From the NCBI GenBank assembly GCA_040752415.1, contig JBFMGU010000055.1, positions 1 to 47,828 on the forward strand: DNA of 47,828 nt, read 5' to 3'. The notes below the pieces were generated by a model. The model was not told the origin of the DNA, made no database searches, and saw only the letters and a list, made by a program, of their open reading frames with translations. Made by a program: the position numbers and the translations under genes. The DNA comes from Myxococcota bacterium (lineage in GTDB: Bacteria > Myxococcota > JACRCW01). This document shows, in pieces, positions 18,968-28,898 of the stretch. Position 1 is the first letter of the stretch. Each line of letters opens with the position of its first letter.

Positions 18968-20296
18968 ATGGCATTTCCTCCCGGCCCGTCGCTGGCGCTC
19001 TTGCAGAGCTACAACTGGATCACGCGCGCGTATCCGTACCTGGATGAATGCGCGGCGAAATACGGCGACCCGTTCGCCATCGAGTTTCCCGGCTTCGGCA
19101 GGTTCGTGCTGGTGTCCAACCCCGAGGCCATCAAGGAGATCTTCCTCGCCAGCCCGGAGGTGATGCGCGCCGGTCAAGGCAACGAGATCCTCCGTCCCGT
19201 CCTCGGCGACAACTCGCTGCTGCTCCTCGACGGGGAAAAGCACAAGCGCCAGCGCCAGCTCATGACGCCGCCCTTCCACGGCGCCCGCATGCGTGCCTAC
19301 GGCGACGACATCCTGCGCGTGGCACGTGAGCGGCTCTCCCGGTGGAAGGCCGGTGAGGAGCTGAGCGTGCATCCCACCATGCAGGAGATCTCGCTGGAGG
19401 TGATCCTGCACGCGGTGTTTGGCGTGGGAGATGACCCGGAGTACCCGCGGTACAAGGCGCTCCTGGCGCGCGCGTTGGAGTCGTTGGGGTCGGCGGCGTT
19501 GTTCATCAAGGCGCTGCAGGTGGACCTGGGGCCCATCACGCCGTGGGGCCGCTACCGCGACGCCGCCGAGCAACTGGAGCGCATGTTGAACGCGGAGCTG
19601 ACGCGTCGCCGGGAGACGGGGCTGGCGGAGCGGAAGGACATCCTGAGCCTGATGATGTCCGCGCGCGACGAGAGCGGCCAACCCATGACCGACACCGAGC
19701 TGCGCGAGGAGGCGTTCACGTTGCTCACCGCGGGGCATGAAACCACCGCCACCGCGCTGGCGTGGGCGCTGTTCTGGATCCACAGCGTGCCCGGCGTGCG
19801 GGAGCGCCTCGTCAACGAGCTCAAGGCGCTGGGAGAGAATCCCACGACGGAAGCAGTGACCGCGTGCGCGTACCTGGACGCGGTGTGCCAGGAGACGTTG
19901 CGCCTCTACCCCATCATTCCCATCGTGGCGCGCAAGCTCTCCACGCCTTTCACGGTGATGGGCTACGAGCTGCCCGCGGGCGCCACGGTGGCGCCGTGCA
20001 TCTACCTGACGCACCGTCGGGAGGACCTCTATCCCGAGCCCACCGCGTTCAAGCCGGAGCGCTTCCTGGCGCGCAAGTTCTCGCCGTACGAGTACCTGCC
20101 CTTTGGCGGCGGGGTGCGACGCTGCATCGGCGCGCCCTTCGCGCTCTACGAGATGAAGCTGGTGCTGTGGGAGGTGATGCGGCGCTTCGAGCTGGAGCTG
20201 GACATGAGCCCGGAGCCCAGGGCGGTGCGTCGCAGCGTCACGCTGGCCCCCGCCGAGGGAACGCGCGTGAAGGTGCGACGCGTGCTGACCACGTAG
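18968..20296 (+). CDS. Cytochrome P450
   Basis: AGHETT I-helix, ETLR (ExxR), PERF and the heme motif FGGGVRRCIG. Confidence 0.97.
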   Translation: MAFPPGPSLALLQSYNWITRAYPYLDECAAKYGDPFAIEFPGFGRFVLVSNPEAIKEIFLASPEVMRAGQGNEILRPVLGDNSLLLLDGEKHKRQRQLMTPPFHGARMRAYGDDILRVARERLSRWKAGEELSVHPTMQEISLEVILHAVFGVGDDPEYPRYKALLARALESLGSAALFIKALQVDLGPITPWGRYRDAAEQLERMLNAELTRRRETGLAERKDILSLMMSARDESGQPMTDTELREEAFTLLTAGHETTATALAWALFWIHSVPGVRERLVNELKALGENPTTEAVTACAYLDAVCQETLRLYPIIPIVARKLSTPFTVMGYELPAGATVAPCIYLTHRREDLYPEPTAFKPERFLARKFSPYEYLPFGGGVRRCIGAPFALYEMKLVLWEVMRRFELELDMSPEPRAVRRSVTLAPAEGTRVKVRRVLTT

Positions 20297-23200
20297 TTAC
20301 GGCATCGCGCGGATGACAACGACGCCATGGAACTCCGTGTCGCTCACCAGGATCTCCGGGGCTCCGTCGCCGTTGAGGTCCTTCACCGCCAAGTCGCCCG
20401 CGCCCCCCACCCGACCCAGGCTGTAGGCCGCCTGCAGCGTGGCATCCCCGTTGCCGAGCAGGATGTCGACTCCCACCGTGTCCGGCGTGGTTACCACGTC
20501 AAGGTTGCCGTCGCCGTCCACATCCGCGAGCTCCACGTCGTAGGTGATCGCCGACGTGGGGTAGCGCACCAGCGGCAGGAACGCGCCGTTGCCGTCGGCA
20601 CGCAGCACGTTCACGCCCGGCTGGACGTCGTCGCTGCTGGTCACCAGGTCCAGGGCGCCGTCGCCATCCAGGTCGCCCAGGGCCAGGTCCTGCGGGGTGG
20701 AGCCCAGCGTGTACACCTGCGCCGCGCCCAGCGTGCCGTCGCCGTTTCCAGGCAGCACCTGCACCTCACCGGTGTTCATGCAGCCCAGCACCACGTCCCG
20801 GCTCCCATTTCCGTCGACGTCGTGGATGGCCACCGGGCCCGGCCCCGCGCACACCGCGGTGAAAGCCGCCGGGGCGAACGTCCCGTCGCCATTGCCGGCC
20901 AGGAAGACCAGCTGGTTGTCGGAGAAGCTGGTGACGAGGAGGTCCAGGATGCTGTCGGCGTTGACGTACCCCAGGGCGAGCTGGAACGGCGCAAGACCGG
21001 CGGCGTAGGACTGCTGCGGAGCCAGTGTGCCGTCGCCCATGCCGAGGAGAACGCTGATGGTGCTGGCGGAATAGTTCGTCACCACCACGTCGAGGTGGCC
21101 GTCACCGTTGAGGTCACCGGTCACCAGCCGCAGGGGCTCCGCCTGCACCGCGTAGGTCTGACGCAGGGTCAACACGCTGCCGTCGGAGCCGAACACGTGG
21201 AGAGTCCCCTCGTTGTACGAGACCACGAGCACCTCCGGGTATCCCACGCCGTCCAGCTGGGCCACCGCCACGCCGAAGGGAAGGTCATCGGTGGCCCAAC
21301 CCTGACGCGGCGGGAAGTTCCCGTTGTTGCGACCATGAGCCAGCGTGATGCCAATGGAAGTGGTACTGAACGCCAGGTCCGTGACGCCGTCGCCATCCCA
21401 GTCCCCGGTGACCAGGTCCTGCGTGCCGGCGGGAACGTTGGTGACCACGGGCGCGGCAAAGACGGCGCTGCCGTTGTTGATGAGCGTGTTGATCATCAGC
21501 GGGCCGCGCGCCAGGAGGTCCAGCGCGTTGTCGTCGTCCACGTCGGCAGCCACCAGGCGCACCGGTGCGGTCCCCGCGGAGTAGTCGACGGAATCCACCA
21601 GCACACCCGCATTCATCCGGATCACGGTGACGACGTCATCCGTCTCCGCGGCCACGGCCACGTCGAGGTCGGTGTCTCCGTCCAGGTCGCCAACGACAAT
21701 GCCACGCGCACCCGCGCCCACCGGGTAGCTCACCGCCGCGGCAAAGGCGTTGCTGGAGATGGCCTGGTTCACCATCAGCTCGTCGGTGTTGCCGTTGGTG
21801 GTGAGCACGTCGAGCAGACCGTCGCCATGGAGGTCCGCCACCGCCACGTCCTGCACGCCGGGTGCGCTCAGCGTGATCGTCTCGCCCGTGCGGAAACCGC
21901 CGGTGCCGTCGGAATACAGGATGGTCACCTCGTTGGTGCTGCCGCTGGCGATCACCACCTCGTCGAGGAGATCGTCGTCGAAATCCCCCGTGGCCAATGC
22001 CACCGGTGAGGCCACGCCCGGCTGCGTGACCGGGGCCAGGAAACCTCCGCCGGCCATGCCCAGGATCGTCGTCACCGTGCCGTCAGTGGAGCCCACCGTG
22101 ACCAGGTCGGGAATGCCGTCGCCGTTGAGCTCGGCCACCGCCACCTCACGTGGGAAGTCGCCCACGGTCAGGGTTGCCAGCGAGGTGAAGTTGCTGGCCG
22201 GGCCACCGCGCCAGACGCGCAGGCTGCCCACGGCGCCGTTGCCCGCCACCAGGTCCTGCCACCCGTCGCCATCCAGGTCCGCGGAGGCCAGCCCCGCCGC
22301 GCCCGGCGCATCCAGCGTGGCGCGCGCGTAGCACGTCTCACCGTCGGTCAGGATGCCGTTGCCGCACGCGGTGGGTGTGCAGTTGCTGTCGCAACCGTCG
22401 CCGTTGTCCAGGTTGCCGTCGTCGCAGCGCTCACCGCTGTCGGTGACGTCGTCGCCGCAGGCCGCCAGGGTACAATCCATCCGACACGCGTCGGGCACGG
22501 TGTCACTGTTGCTCCCACCGTTGTCGCACGCCTCGCCCGGGTCCAGGAGCCCGTCGCCACAGTCGGGCACGTTGTTCACCGTCACGTTCACCGTCCCGGT
22601 GTCCTGCCCGCCGCGCCCGTCCTCGACGGTGTACGTGAACGTTGCCGAGCCGAAGAAGTCCTGCGTGGGGGTGAAGGTGATGGTCCCATTGGACAGCGCC
22701 ACGTCCCCGCCGGTCCCGGGCTGCACCCCGGTGAGCTGCAGCGTGTCCAGGTCCGCGTCGGTGTCGTTGGCCAGCAGAGCGGTGTCGCTGATGTTGAGCG
22801 CCATCTCCTCGTCGGTGGTGAGGGCATCCACCGCGGCCACCGGCTCGTCGTTGACCTCGGTCACCGTGACCTGCACCAGCGCGGTGGCACGGGCCGTCCC
22901 GTCGAAGATCGTGTACGTGAAGCTGGCGGCGCCGGAGAAGTGGGCGTCGGGCGTGAAGGTGATGGTCCCGCTCGCCAGGTCCACCGTGCCATTCACCGCG
23001 TCCTGCACGCTCTCCACCACGAGGAGGTCGTTGTCCACGTCGGTGTCGTCGACGCTGAGGTCGGTGTCGGCGAGCACCAGTGGCTCATCCTCGTTGGTGC
23101 CCAGGCTGTGACCGGTGGCCACCGGCAGGTCATTGACCGCGGTGATGTCGACGCGGACGTGGCCCACGTCGGTGAATTCGCCGTCGGAGACCTCGTAATC

Positions 23201-25339
23201 AAAGCCGCCGGCGCCGGTGCCGTTGAGGTTCGGGTCCGGCGTGAAGGTCACCGTGCCGCCCACCACCTCCGCGGTGCCGCCGGTGACATTCGAGATGGCG
23301 CCGAAGATGAGCGAAGCGGTGTCCGGGTCAGCGTCATTGCCCAGCAGCGTGGTTCCCGCCACCTGCACCTCGGTGTCCTCGTTGGTGGTGACCACGTCAT
23401 CCACCGCCACCGGCGGGTCGTTGACGGCACCCACCGCAACGCTCACCTGCGCGGTGTCGGTGGTGATTCCGTCGGAGAGCGTGTAGGTGAAGCTTGCGAC
23501 GCCGGAGAAGCCCGCGGTGGGCGTGAAGGTGATGGCGCCCTGCTCCAGGCTCACCGTGCCGTTGAAAGGCATGCTCACCGCGCTCACCGTCAGGGAGTCA
23601 CCGTCCACGTCGGTATCGTTGGCGACGAGGTCGCTCGCCTGCAGCTCCAGGCGCGCATCCTCCGCCACGTTGAAGGCGTCGTCGTTGGCCACGGGCGTGT
23701 CGTTCACCGGGTTCACCGTGACGGTGACGGTGGTCTCCACGGTGTTGTTGACGTCGTCGGCCAGGCGGTAGCCGAAGCTGGCCTCGCCGTGGAAGTCGGC
23801 TTCCGGCGTGAAGCGCAGCTGGCCACCGGAGAGCGACACCGTGCCGTGCTCACCCGGCACCGCGGCAATCACGCGCAGCGGCGCACCCTCGGGGTCCAGG
23901 TCGTTGGCGGTGACCACCGTGACGTGCACGTTGACCGGCGTGTCCTCGTCGGTGGTGGCGGTGTCGGGGTTGGCCACCGGCGGGTCGTTCACGCGGGTAT
24001 AGGTGACGCGCACCAGGCCGGTATCCTCGGAGGTGCCGTCGGAGATGACGTACTCGAAGGTGGCATTCCCGACGAGCTCCGCGGTGGGCGTGAAGGTGAT
24101 GTCCCCGTTCTCCGCCGTCACCGTGCCCCCGATGGCGTTGCCCACCGAGACGAAGCTGAGCGGGTCGCCGTCGGGCTCGACGTCATTGGCCATCAACTCG
24201 GCCACGGTCACCGTCAGCGGCGTGTCCTCCGCCAGCGTGAACAGGTCATCCACCGCGCGCGGCACGTCGGGCAGCGGGAGCACCGTCACCGTCACCACGC
24301 CGGTGCTGGTGGCGGGCGTGTTGTCCTTGACGCTGTATTCGAAGCTGGCCTCCCCCACGAAGTCGGCTTCCGGCGTGAAGGTGATCTGCCCGGTCACCAG
24401 CGTCACCGTGCCGTGCACCGCGTTGCCCACCGCGGTGATGCGCAGGTCATCCCCATCCAGGTCGGTGTCATTGGCCAGCAGCGTGGCGTCGCTGATGAGG
24501 AGCGGCGTGTCCTCGTCGGTCTCCGCGGTGTCATTGGCGGCCAGCGGGATGTCATTGATGGAGGTGACGGTGATGTTCACGGTGCTGGTGGCGCTGTCCT
24601 GCCCGTCGCTGATGGTGACCTGGAAGGAGTCGGAGCCGTGGAAGTTGGCTTCCGGCACGTAGACCACCCCGGTGTCGGCGAGCGTGGCCGTCCCGTGCGC
24701 CGGGGTGGTCACCGCGGTCACGGTCAGCTCGTCGCCGTCTTCGTCGACGTCGTTGGCGGTGAGCTCGGCGGTCAGGATGCTGATGCGCCCGTCCTCGTAG
24801 ACGGTGAACTCGTCGTCGGCCACCACCGGCGGGTCATTGGCGCCCACCACGTTCACCGTGACCGCGCCCTGGTCGGAGGCGCGACCATCCCCCACCGTGT
24901 ACGTGAAGCCGCCCAGGCCCTTGAAGCCCGGGTCCGGCGTGAAGGTGATCTGTCCACCGGACAACGCCACGCGACCGTTCTGCGCGTTGCCCACCGCGTT
25001 GATGCGCAGGTTGTCCCCGTCGGGGTCGGTGTCATTGGCGGTGAGCTGCGCGGGGGTGAGCACCAGCGCCACGTCCTCGTTGGTGTTGAACGTGTCGTCG
25101 CCCGCCACCGGCGGTTGATTGCTGCCGTTGCCGCCGTCGCGCCCGGACTGGCACCGGATGTCGGAGGCGCAGTCGCTGTCGGCGCAGTCGCCCTGGCCGT
25201 CGCCGTCGTCATCCTCCCCGTTCCAGCACTCCTCCAACGGCTTGCCCGCGTCGACGGAGCTTCCGTCGGTACAGGCGGCCAGCACGGGCAACAGCATCAA
25301 CCCCAGGACACGGAGCTTCACGGCCATGGCAATCCTCAT
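20297..25339 (-). CDS. Adhesin-like lipoprotein: 9 tandem ~95-aa Ig/cadherin-like repeats, Cys-rich DUF4215-like repeats, about 12 FG-GAP/VCBS repeats
   Basis: Lipobox VLAA-C, nine N-D-x-P-V-A-x-D-D..FTP..F.G...F.Y units, CGDG..GEACD, and repeated DLDGDG..DL. Start uncertain (25351, 25339 or 25327). Confidence 0.88.
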   Translation of the reverse strand: MRIAMAVKLRVLGLMLLPVLAACTDGSSVDAGKPLEECWNGEDDDGDGQGDCADSDCASDIRCQSGRDGGNGSNQPPVAGDDTFNTNEDVALVLTPAQLTANDTDPDGDNLRINAVGNAQNGRVALSGGQITFTPDPGFKGLGGFTYTVGDGRASDQGAVTVNVVGANDPPVVADDEFTVYEDGRISILTAELTANDVDEDGDELTVTAVTTPAHGTATLADTGVVYVPEANFHGSDSFQVTISDGQDSATSTVNITVTSINDIPLAANDTAETDEDTPLLISDATLLANDTDLDGDDLRITAVGNAVHGTVTLVTGQITFTPEADFVGEASFEYSVKDNTPATSTGVVTVTVLPLPDVPRAVDDLFTLAEDTPLTVTVAELMANDVEPDGDPLSFVSVGNAIGGTVTAENGDITFTPTAELVGNATFEYVISDGTSEDTGLVRVTYTRVNDPPVANPDTATTDEDTPVNVHVTVVTANDLDPEGAPLRVIAAVPGEHGTVSLSGGQLRFTPEADFHGEASFGYRLADDVNNTVETTVTVTVNPVNDTPVANDDAFNVAEDARLELQASDLVANDTDVDGDSLTVSAVSMPFNGTVSLEQGAITFTPTAGFSGVASFTYTLSDGITTDTAQVSVAVGAVNDPPVAVDDVVTTNEDTEVQVAGTTLLGNDADPDTASLIFGAISNVTGGTAEVVGGTVTFTPDPNLNGTGAGGFDYEVSDGEFTDVGHVRVDITAVNDLPVATGHSLGTNEDEPLVLADTDLSVDDTDVDNDLLVVESVQDAVNGTVDLASGTITFTPDAHFSGAASFTYTIFDGTARATALVQVTVTEVNDEPVAAVDALTTDEEMALNISDTALLANDTDADLDTLQLTGVQPGTGGDVALSNGTITFTPTQDFFGSATFTYTVEDGRGGQDTGTVNVTVNNVPDCGDGLLDPGEACDNGGSNSDTVPDACRMDCTLAACGDDVTDSGERCDDGNLDNGDGCDSNCTPTACGNGILTDGETCYARATLDAPGAAGLASADLDGDGWQDLVAGNGAVGSLRVWRGGPASNFTSLATLTVGDFPREVAVAELNGDGIPDLVTVGSTDGTVTTILGMAGGGFLAPVTQPGVASPVALATGDFDDDLLDEVVIASGSTNEVTILYSDGTGGFRTGETITLSAPGVQDVAVADLHGDGLLDVLTTNGNTDELMVNQAISSNAFAAAVSYPVGAGARGIVVGDLDGDTDLDVAVAAETDDVVTVIRMNAGVLVDSVDYSAGTAPVRLVAADVDDDNALDLLARGPLMINTLINNGSAVFAAPVVTNVPAGTQDLVTGDWDGDGVTDLAFSTTSIGITLAHGRNNGNFPPRQGWATDDLPFGVAVAQLDGVGYPEVLVVSYNEGTLHVFGSDGSVLTLRQTYAVQAEPLRLVTGDLNGDGHLDVVVTNYSASTISVLLGMGDGTLAPQQSYAAGLAPFQLALGYVNADSILDLLVTSFSDNQLVFLAGNGDGTFAPAAFTAVCAGPGPVAIHDVDGNGSRDVVLGCMNTGEVQVLPGNGDGTLGAAQVYTLGSTPQDLALGDLDGDGALDLVTSSDDVQPGVNVLRADGNGAFLPLVRYPTSAITYDVELADVDGDGNLDVVTTPDTVGVDILLGNGDATLQAAYSLGRVGGAGDLAVKDLNGDGAPEILVSDTEFHGVVVIRAMP

Positions 25340-25431
25340 GTGTTGGAACACCGACGCGCCGATTTGGGCACGAGCACGAGCGGGGCGTCAATCCGCGGTC
25401 CTTCACCGTCAGCGCAGACGTGGGACGCGGC

Positions 25432-25893
25432 TCAGTCGTGGACGCAGCGGTAGTAGGTGCCGGTGGAGTAGGCGGTGGTGCCGATGGTCCCGTCGCTGAA
25501 GCTCACCGTCCAGGCGTAGTTGGACTGGCCCACCGCCGGCGTCGACGTCCAGTAGTTGGAGGAGATCGTCCCGGTGAACGCGGTGGTGTCGATCCAGGGA
25601 CCCGAGGTGGTGCGCACGTCCACCAGGGTGGCCAGCTCCTTGACGCGCGGCACGCGCCAGCCGGAGGCGTACTCCCCGCCGAGGTTGAGGTTGGCGCACG
25701 CACCGGACGCCTCCGTGTAGTTGCCGTAGCCGCCGTGCGCGCGCTGCCACTTCAAGCCGGTGACGTTGTCGACGGTGATGGTCTGGCCGTTGAGATAGGA
25801 GTAGCGGTTGGGGGGCGCGGCCCCGCTGAGCAGCGTTGCAATGGCCACCGCGGCCAGGGACAACGGCGGGGCTCGACGTGGATGGGACCTCAT
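25432..25893 (-). CDS. Secreted single-domain DUF1566 (Lcl C-terminal / C-type-lectin-like fold) protein
   Basis: GAGGAGG RBS before ATG 25893, a signal peptide, and the motifs DNVTGLKWQ, GWRVP..EL, YWTST and RCV. Confidence 0.85.
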   Translation of the reverse strand: MRSHPRRAPPLSLAAVAIATLLSGAAPPNRYSYLNGQTITVDNVTGLKWQRAHGGYGNYTEASGACANLNLGGEYASGWRVPRVKELATLVDVRTTSGPWIDTTAFTGTISSNYWTSTPAVGQSNYAWTVSFSDGTIGTTAYSTGTYYRCVHD

Positions 25894-25903
25894 CTTCTCC
25901 TCC

Positions 25904-27769
25904 TCATCGGACACAGCGGACGTTGTAGACGCTGGTGCGTGACTGCTGCGTGCTCGCACCGTTGCTGAAGTTGATGGCCAGCCCCTGCGCGCTGTTGCGC
26001 GGATTCAGCGTGGCAGTCCAGTACTGGGCACTGGCCGTGTCGGCAAAGGCTCCCAACGCCACCGCGGGGCTCTGCTGCGTGTGGTCGACAATGGTGAACA
26101 GCTCGATCCGCGTGGGCACGCGCCAGCCATTGGCGTCGCCGGTGTCCAGCGCGGCGCACAGGCCCGCGGCGTTGTCGAAGGTGGAAGTGCCCACGGTGTT
26201 GCTCCACTCCAGACCGGTCACCTCGTCGGTGATGACCGGGCCGTTGACGGTGAACACGCCGTCCACCGCCGGAGCGTTGGCCCATTCCACGTCGGGCGGA
26301 TCCGTGCAGACCGGCAGCGGCGCGCCGCTTCCTCCTCGAGGAACGTGCCGCACACACCGCACGCCGCCGGTATTCGACGTGTACTGCGGCGTCCACGCGC
26401 CATCATCCAGCTCCACGCGCCAGACCCGGGTCCCGTCGCGGGCGGTGGCGGTCCAGAAGCTGGCGGGCTCGGTGGCGGGGAACACGTTGAGGTCCACCGC
26501 CGGCTCGCTCAGCGTCAAGGAGACCGTGGTCATCAGCTCGGCGCGCGTGGGCAGGACCCAGTCGTCATGTCCCTCCAGCACCAGGCCTTCGCACGTCGTC
26601 ACCGCCACCGCGTGGGTCACCGCGGGGAGCGCCAGGCGCGTCCACATCAGGCCCGCGTGGTGGTCGGTCACGGTCTCACACGTGGCGGACAGCGTGCTGC
26701 GCTCCACGTCGTCCCACTGCACCCACTCGCGGTCATCCCACGACGTGTAACAGGCCCCGCCGCCCACGCTCCCCGGCAGCTCCTGCAGGTCGGGCGCGGG
26801 ACCGCCGTCCGTGTTGGTGCAGGTCCGGTCGCGCACGCACACGGCGTAGGTGCCGGAGCTGGGCAGGCGGTTGCGGACCGCGCCGGTATCCAGGTCCACC
26901 ACGCGCTGGTAGCTGCCGCTCTCGGTGGCGGTCCACACCTCCAGCGCGCGCGCCGAGGGGAAGTGGTTGAGGTCCAGCGCCGGGTCACGCAGCGTGTGGT
27001 CCACCAGCGAGAACAGCTCGACCTGCGTGGGCACGCGCCAGTCCGTGTAGCCGTCCGCCTCCGACGAGGAACAGAAGCTCACCGCCTGCGCGTAGGTCAC
27101 GGTTCCGTCGGAGAACGCGCGTTGCCACATGAGGTCGGTGCGCTCGTCGTGGACGGCGTTGCAGTTGGCGCGGAACGTGGTGGCAACGGACTCGCTCCAG
27201 CGGCTCCACTCGGTGTCCCAGGGCGGGGGCTCCACGCAGCCAAAAGGTCCGCCCGCGGAGCTGCTGCTGCTGCTGGAGGAGGAGGAGGAGGACGTGGAGG
27301 AGGATGACGACGAGGACGACGTGCTGGAAGCGCTGCTGCTGGAGGACGACGCGGTGCTCGTGGTTCCCGCCGCGGACGACGACGACGACGACGTGCTCGC
27401 CGATGACGACGTGGTGGACGCCGACGAGGTGGAGCCCGAGCTGGAGGCGCTGGTGGAGGTGGAAGTGGCCGAGGACACGCCGCTGGAGGAGGAGGAAGCG
27501 CTGCTCGCGCTGGAAGACGAGGTGCTGCTGGTGGACGCCGTGCTGCCCGACGAGGACGACGACGAGAACGACGCGGAGGACGCCGTGGACGAGGAGCTGG
27601 TCTCGAGCGTGGCCGCGTCGGGAGATGTTCCGCTGGTGCAATATCCGTCGGCACCACAGGTGTAGCCGGTGGGACAATCCTCGGCGGAATTGCACGCGGT
27701 CCAACCCGGGCAGCCGCTGGCGTGCACGGCCACCCCGACGAGGACCAGGCCGGCCAGCCAATTGCTCAT
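25904..27769 (-). CDS. Lipoprotein with long poly-Ser tether and three DUF1566 domains
   Basis: MSNWLAGLVLVGVAVHASG-C and three D..T.L.W..W.(V/L)PT..EL..WTAT..CVR units. Its ATG overlaps the upstream stop (ATGA at 27766-27769). Confidence 0.85.
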   Translation of the reverse strand: MSNWLAGLVLVGVAVHASGCPGWTACNSAEDCPTGYTCGADGYCTSGTSPDAATLETSSSSTASSASFSSSSSSGSTASTSSTSSSSASSASSSSSGVSSATSTSTSASSSGSTSSASTTSSSASTSSSSSSAAGTTSTASSSSSSASSTSSSSSSSSTSSSSSSSSSSSSAGGPFGCVEPPPWDTEWSRWSESVATTFRANCNAVHDERTDLMWQRAFSDGTVTYAQAVSFCSSSEADGYTDWRVPTQVELFSLVDHTLRDPALDLNHFPSARALEVWTATESGSYQRVVDLDTGAVRNRLPSSGTYAVCVRDRTCTNTDGGPAPDLQELPGSVGGGACYTSWDDREWVQWDDVERSTLSATCETVTDHHAGLMWTRLALPAVTHAVAVTTCEGLVLEGHDDWVLPTRAELMTTVSLTLSEPAVDLNVFPATEPASFWTATARDGTRVWRVELDDGAWTPQYTSNTGGVRCVRHVPRGGSGAPLPVCTDPPDVEWANAPAVDGVFTVNGPVITDEVTGLEWSNTVGTSTFDNAAGLCAALDTGDANGWRVPTRIELFTIVDHTQQSPAVALGAFADTASAQYWTATLNPRNSAQGLAINFSNGASTQQSRTSVYNVRCVR

Positions 27770-28629
27770 CCGCTGAGCCATGCCACGCCTCCCAGCGCCA
27801 CCGCGGCCGCCACGCCCACCAACGCCACCACGGAGGATGCCACAGCCCCCGCCGCCATGGTTGCCGCTGGCGTCCACAGCAACGCAAACCGCGGGGTCCC
27901 GCCCAGTCCCGGCGACGGGATGGCCGCGACGAAATGACGGTCGCGCAGGCCCATGGTCCACAGCACCGCACCCTCACCCAACGCCCCGGTGGCCAGCAGC
28001 GCCGCCACGCCCAATGCCACCGCCACACCCGCGCCCACCACCGCCCCCAGGCGCATGGGCGAAGCGCTGGAGGGCTCCTCCTCCGTCGTCGCGGGAGCCG
28101 GAGGAGCGGGTGGTCGCGTCAGGTCCGTCTGGGCCAGCAGGTCCCACGCCCCGTCCACCAGCACACCGGGTTGCGCCCTGGGCACCGCGATCCCCGTCGT
28201 CACCATGCGTCCCGTGCTGGCGTCCACCAGGCGCAGCGTGACCTGGTGCCCTTGCGGGTCGGAGCGGTCCAGCGTGCCGTAGAGAACCCGACCCACGCCC
28301 AGGGGTCCGAGCAGCGTCGCGTCGACGAGGGTGTTGGGATCCAGCAGCGTGGCCAGCAGGCTCTGTCGTGCCGTCAAGCCGCCCAGGCGACAATCCACCT
28401 CCAGCGGCCCCAGCACCTGCGCAAAGCTCCGTGAGTCCCGCAATCCCTCGACGAGAATCGCGGTCAACGTCTCCGCGCGCGCGCCTTCCTGGGCTTCCAG
28501 CGGCACCAACGGGAGCACCGCCACCGAGGGGCGCAACGCGTCGGCGGGCGGGTTTGTCGTCGTGGGGGACGTGGGCTCCGTGCTCAGCGGAACCAGGGCC
28601 AGCACCAGTGCGCACGACGGGAGAAGCAC
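27766..28629 (-). CDS. Exported/membrane protein with VAVLPL (TolB-N/CsgG-like) domain, Pro linker and two C-terminal Gly/Ala-rich hydrophobic helices
   Basis: Signal-like N-terminus, SVAVLPL..LGVGRVLYGTL..VTLRLVDASTG, and translational coupling to the downstream lipoprotein. Start uncertain (GTG 28629 vs 28665). Confidence 0.65.
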   Translation of the reverse strand: MLLPSCALVLALVPLSTEPTSPTTTNPPADALRPSVAVLPLVPLEAQEGARAETLTAILVEGLRDSRSFAQVLGPLEVDCRLGGLTARQSLLATLLDPNTLVDATLLGPLGVGRVLYGTLDRSDPQGHQVTLRLVDASTGRMVTTGIAVPRAQPGVLVDGAWDLLAQTDLTRPPAPPAPATTEEEPSSASPMRLGAVVGAGVAVALGVAALLATGALGEGAVLWTMGLRDRHFVAAIPSPGLGGTPRFALLWTPAATMAAGAVASSVVALVGVAAAVALGGVAWLSG

Positions 28630-28671
28630 GACCCCAGTGTGCCGCGCCGGGGACGTCCGAGGCAACCGCGC

Positions 28672-28898
28672 TCAGCTGGACGCACTCGCGGCGTGCGGTC
28701 GCGCTGCGCTGGCGCCGGAAACGCGCGAGCGGGGAGGCCCAAGCGGCGGAGAGGTGGGCCGCTGCGGGGATTGAACGTGTACGCATCACCGCTCATCGAC
28801 GGTGGTGACCGGGAGACGCTCGAACGCATCTGTCGCTACCTGTTGCGCGGGCCGATGGCGCTCTCTCGCGGCTGCGGATGCGACCGGACGGCATGGTG
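28672..28898 (+). pseudogene. IS91-family (Y2 HUH) transposase fragment, frameshifted
   Basis: Across frameshifts it reads DALAAC..RCG / GLNVYASPLIDGGDRETLERICRYLLRGPMAL / SRLRMRPDGMV. This resembles the IS91-type pattern GFSLHA..DR..LERLCRY..R...AL.RL...DG.V. Confidence 0.7.

Noticed and set aside
18881..20014. N-terminal extension of the aminotransferase (763-aa ORF)
   Set aside because: It is the antisense shadow of the P450. Aminotransferase motifs begin at 18880.
27129..27665. Poly-Asp/Glu acidic proteins (also 12682-13191, 30769-31362, 37472-38149, 41527-42126)
   Set aside because: They are the reverse complement of poly-Ser codons in the lipoprotein tethers.
25432..27769. Diversity-generating retroelement targeting DUF1566 domains
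   Set aside because: I saw no reverse transcriptase, avd gene or near-identical template repeat differing at adenines. A remote DGR cannot be excluded without a genome-wide search.
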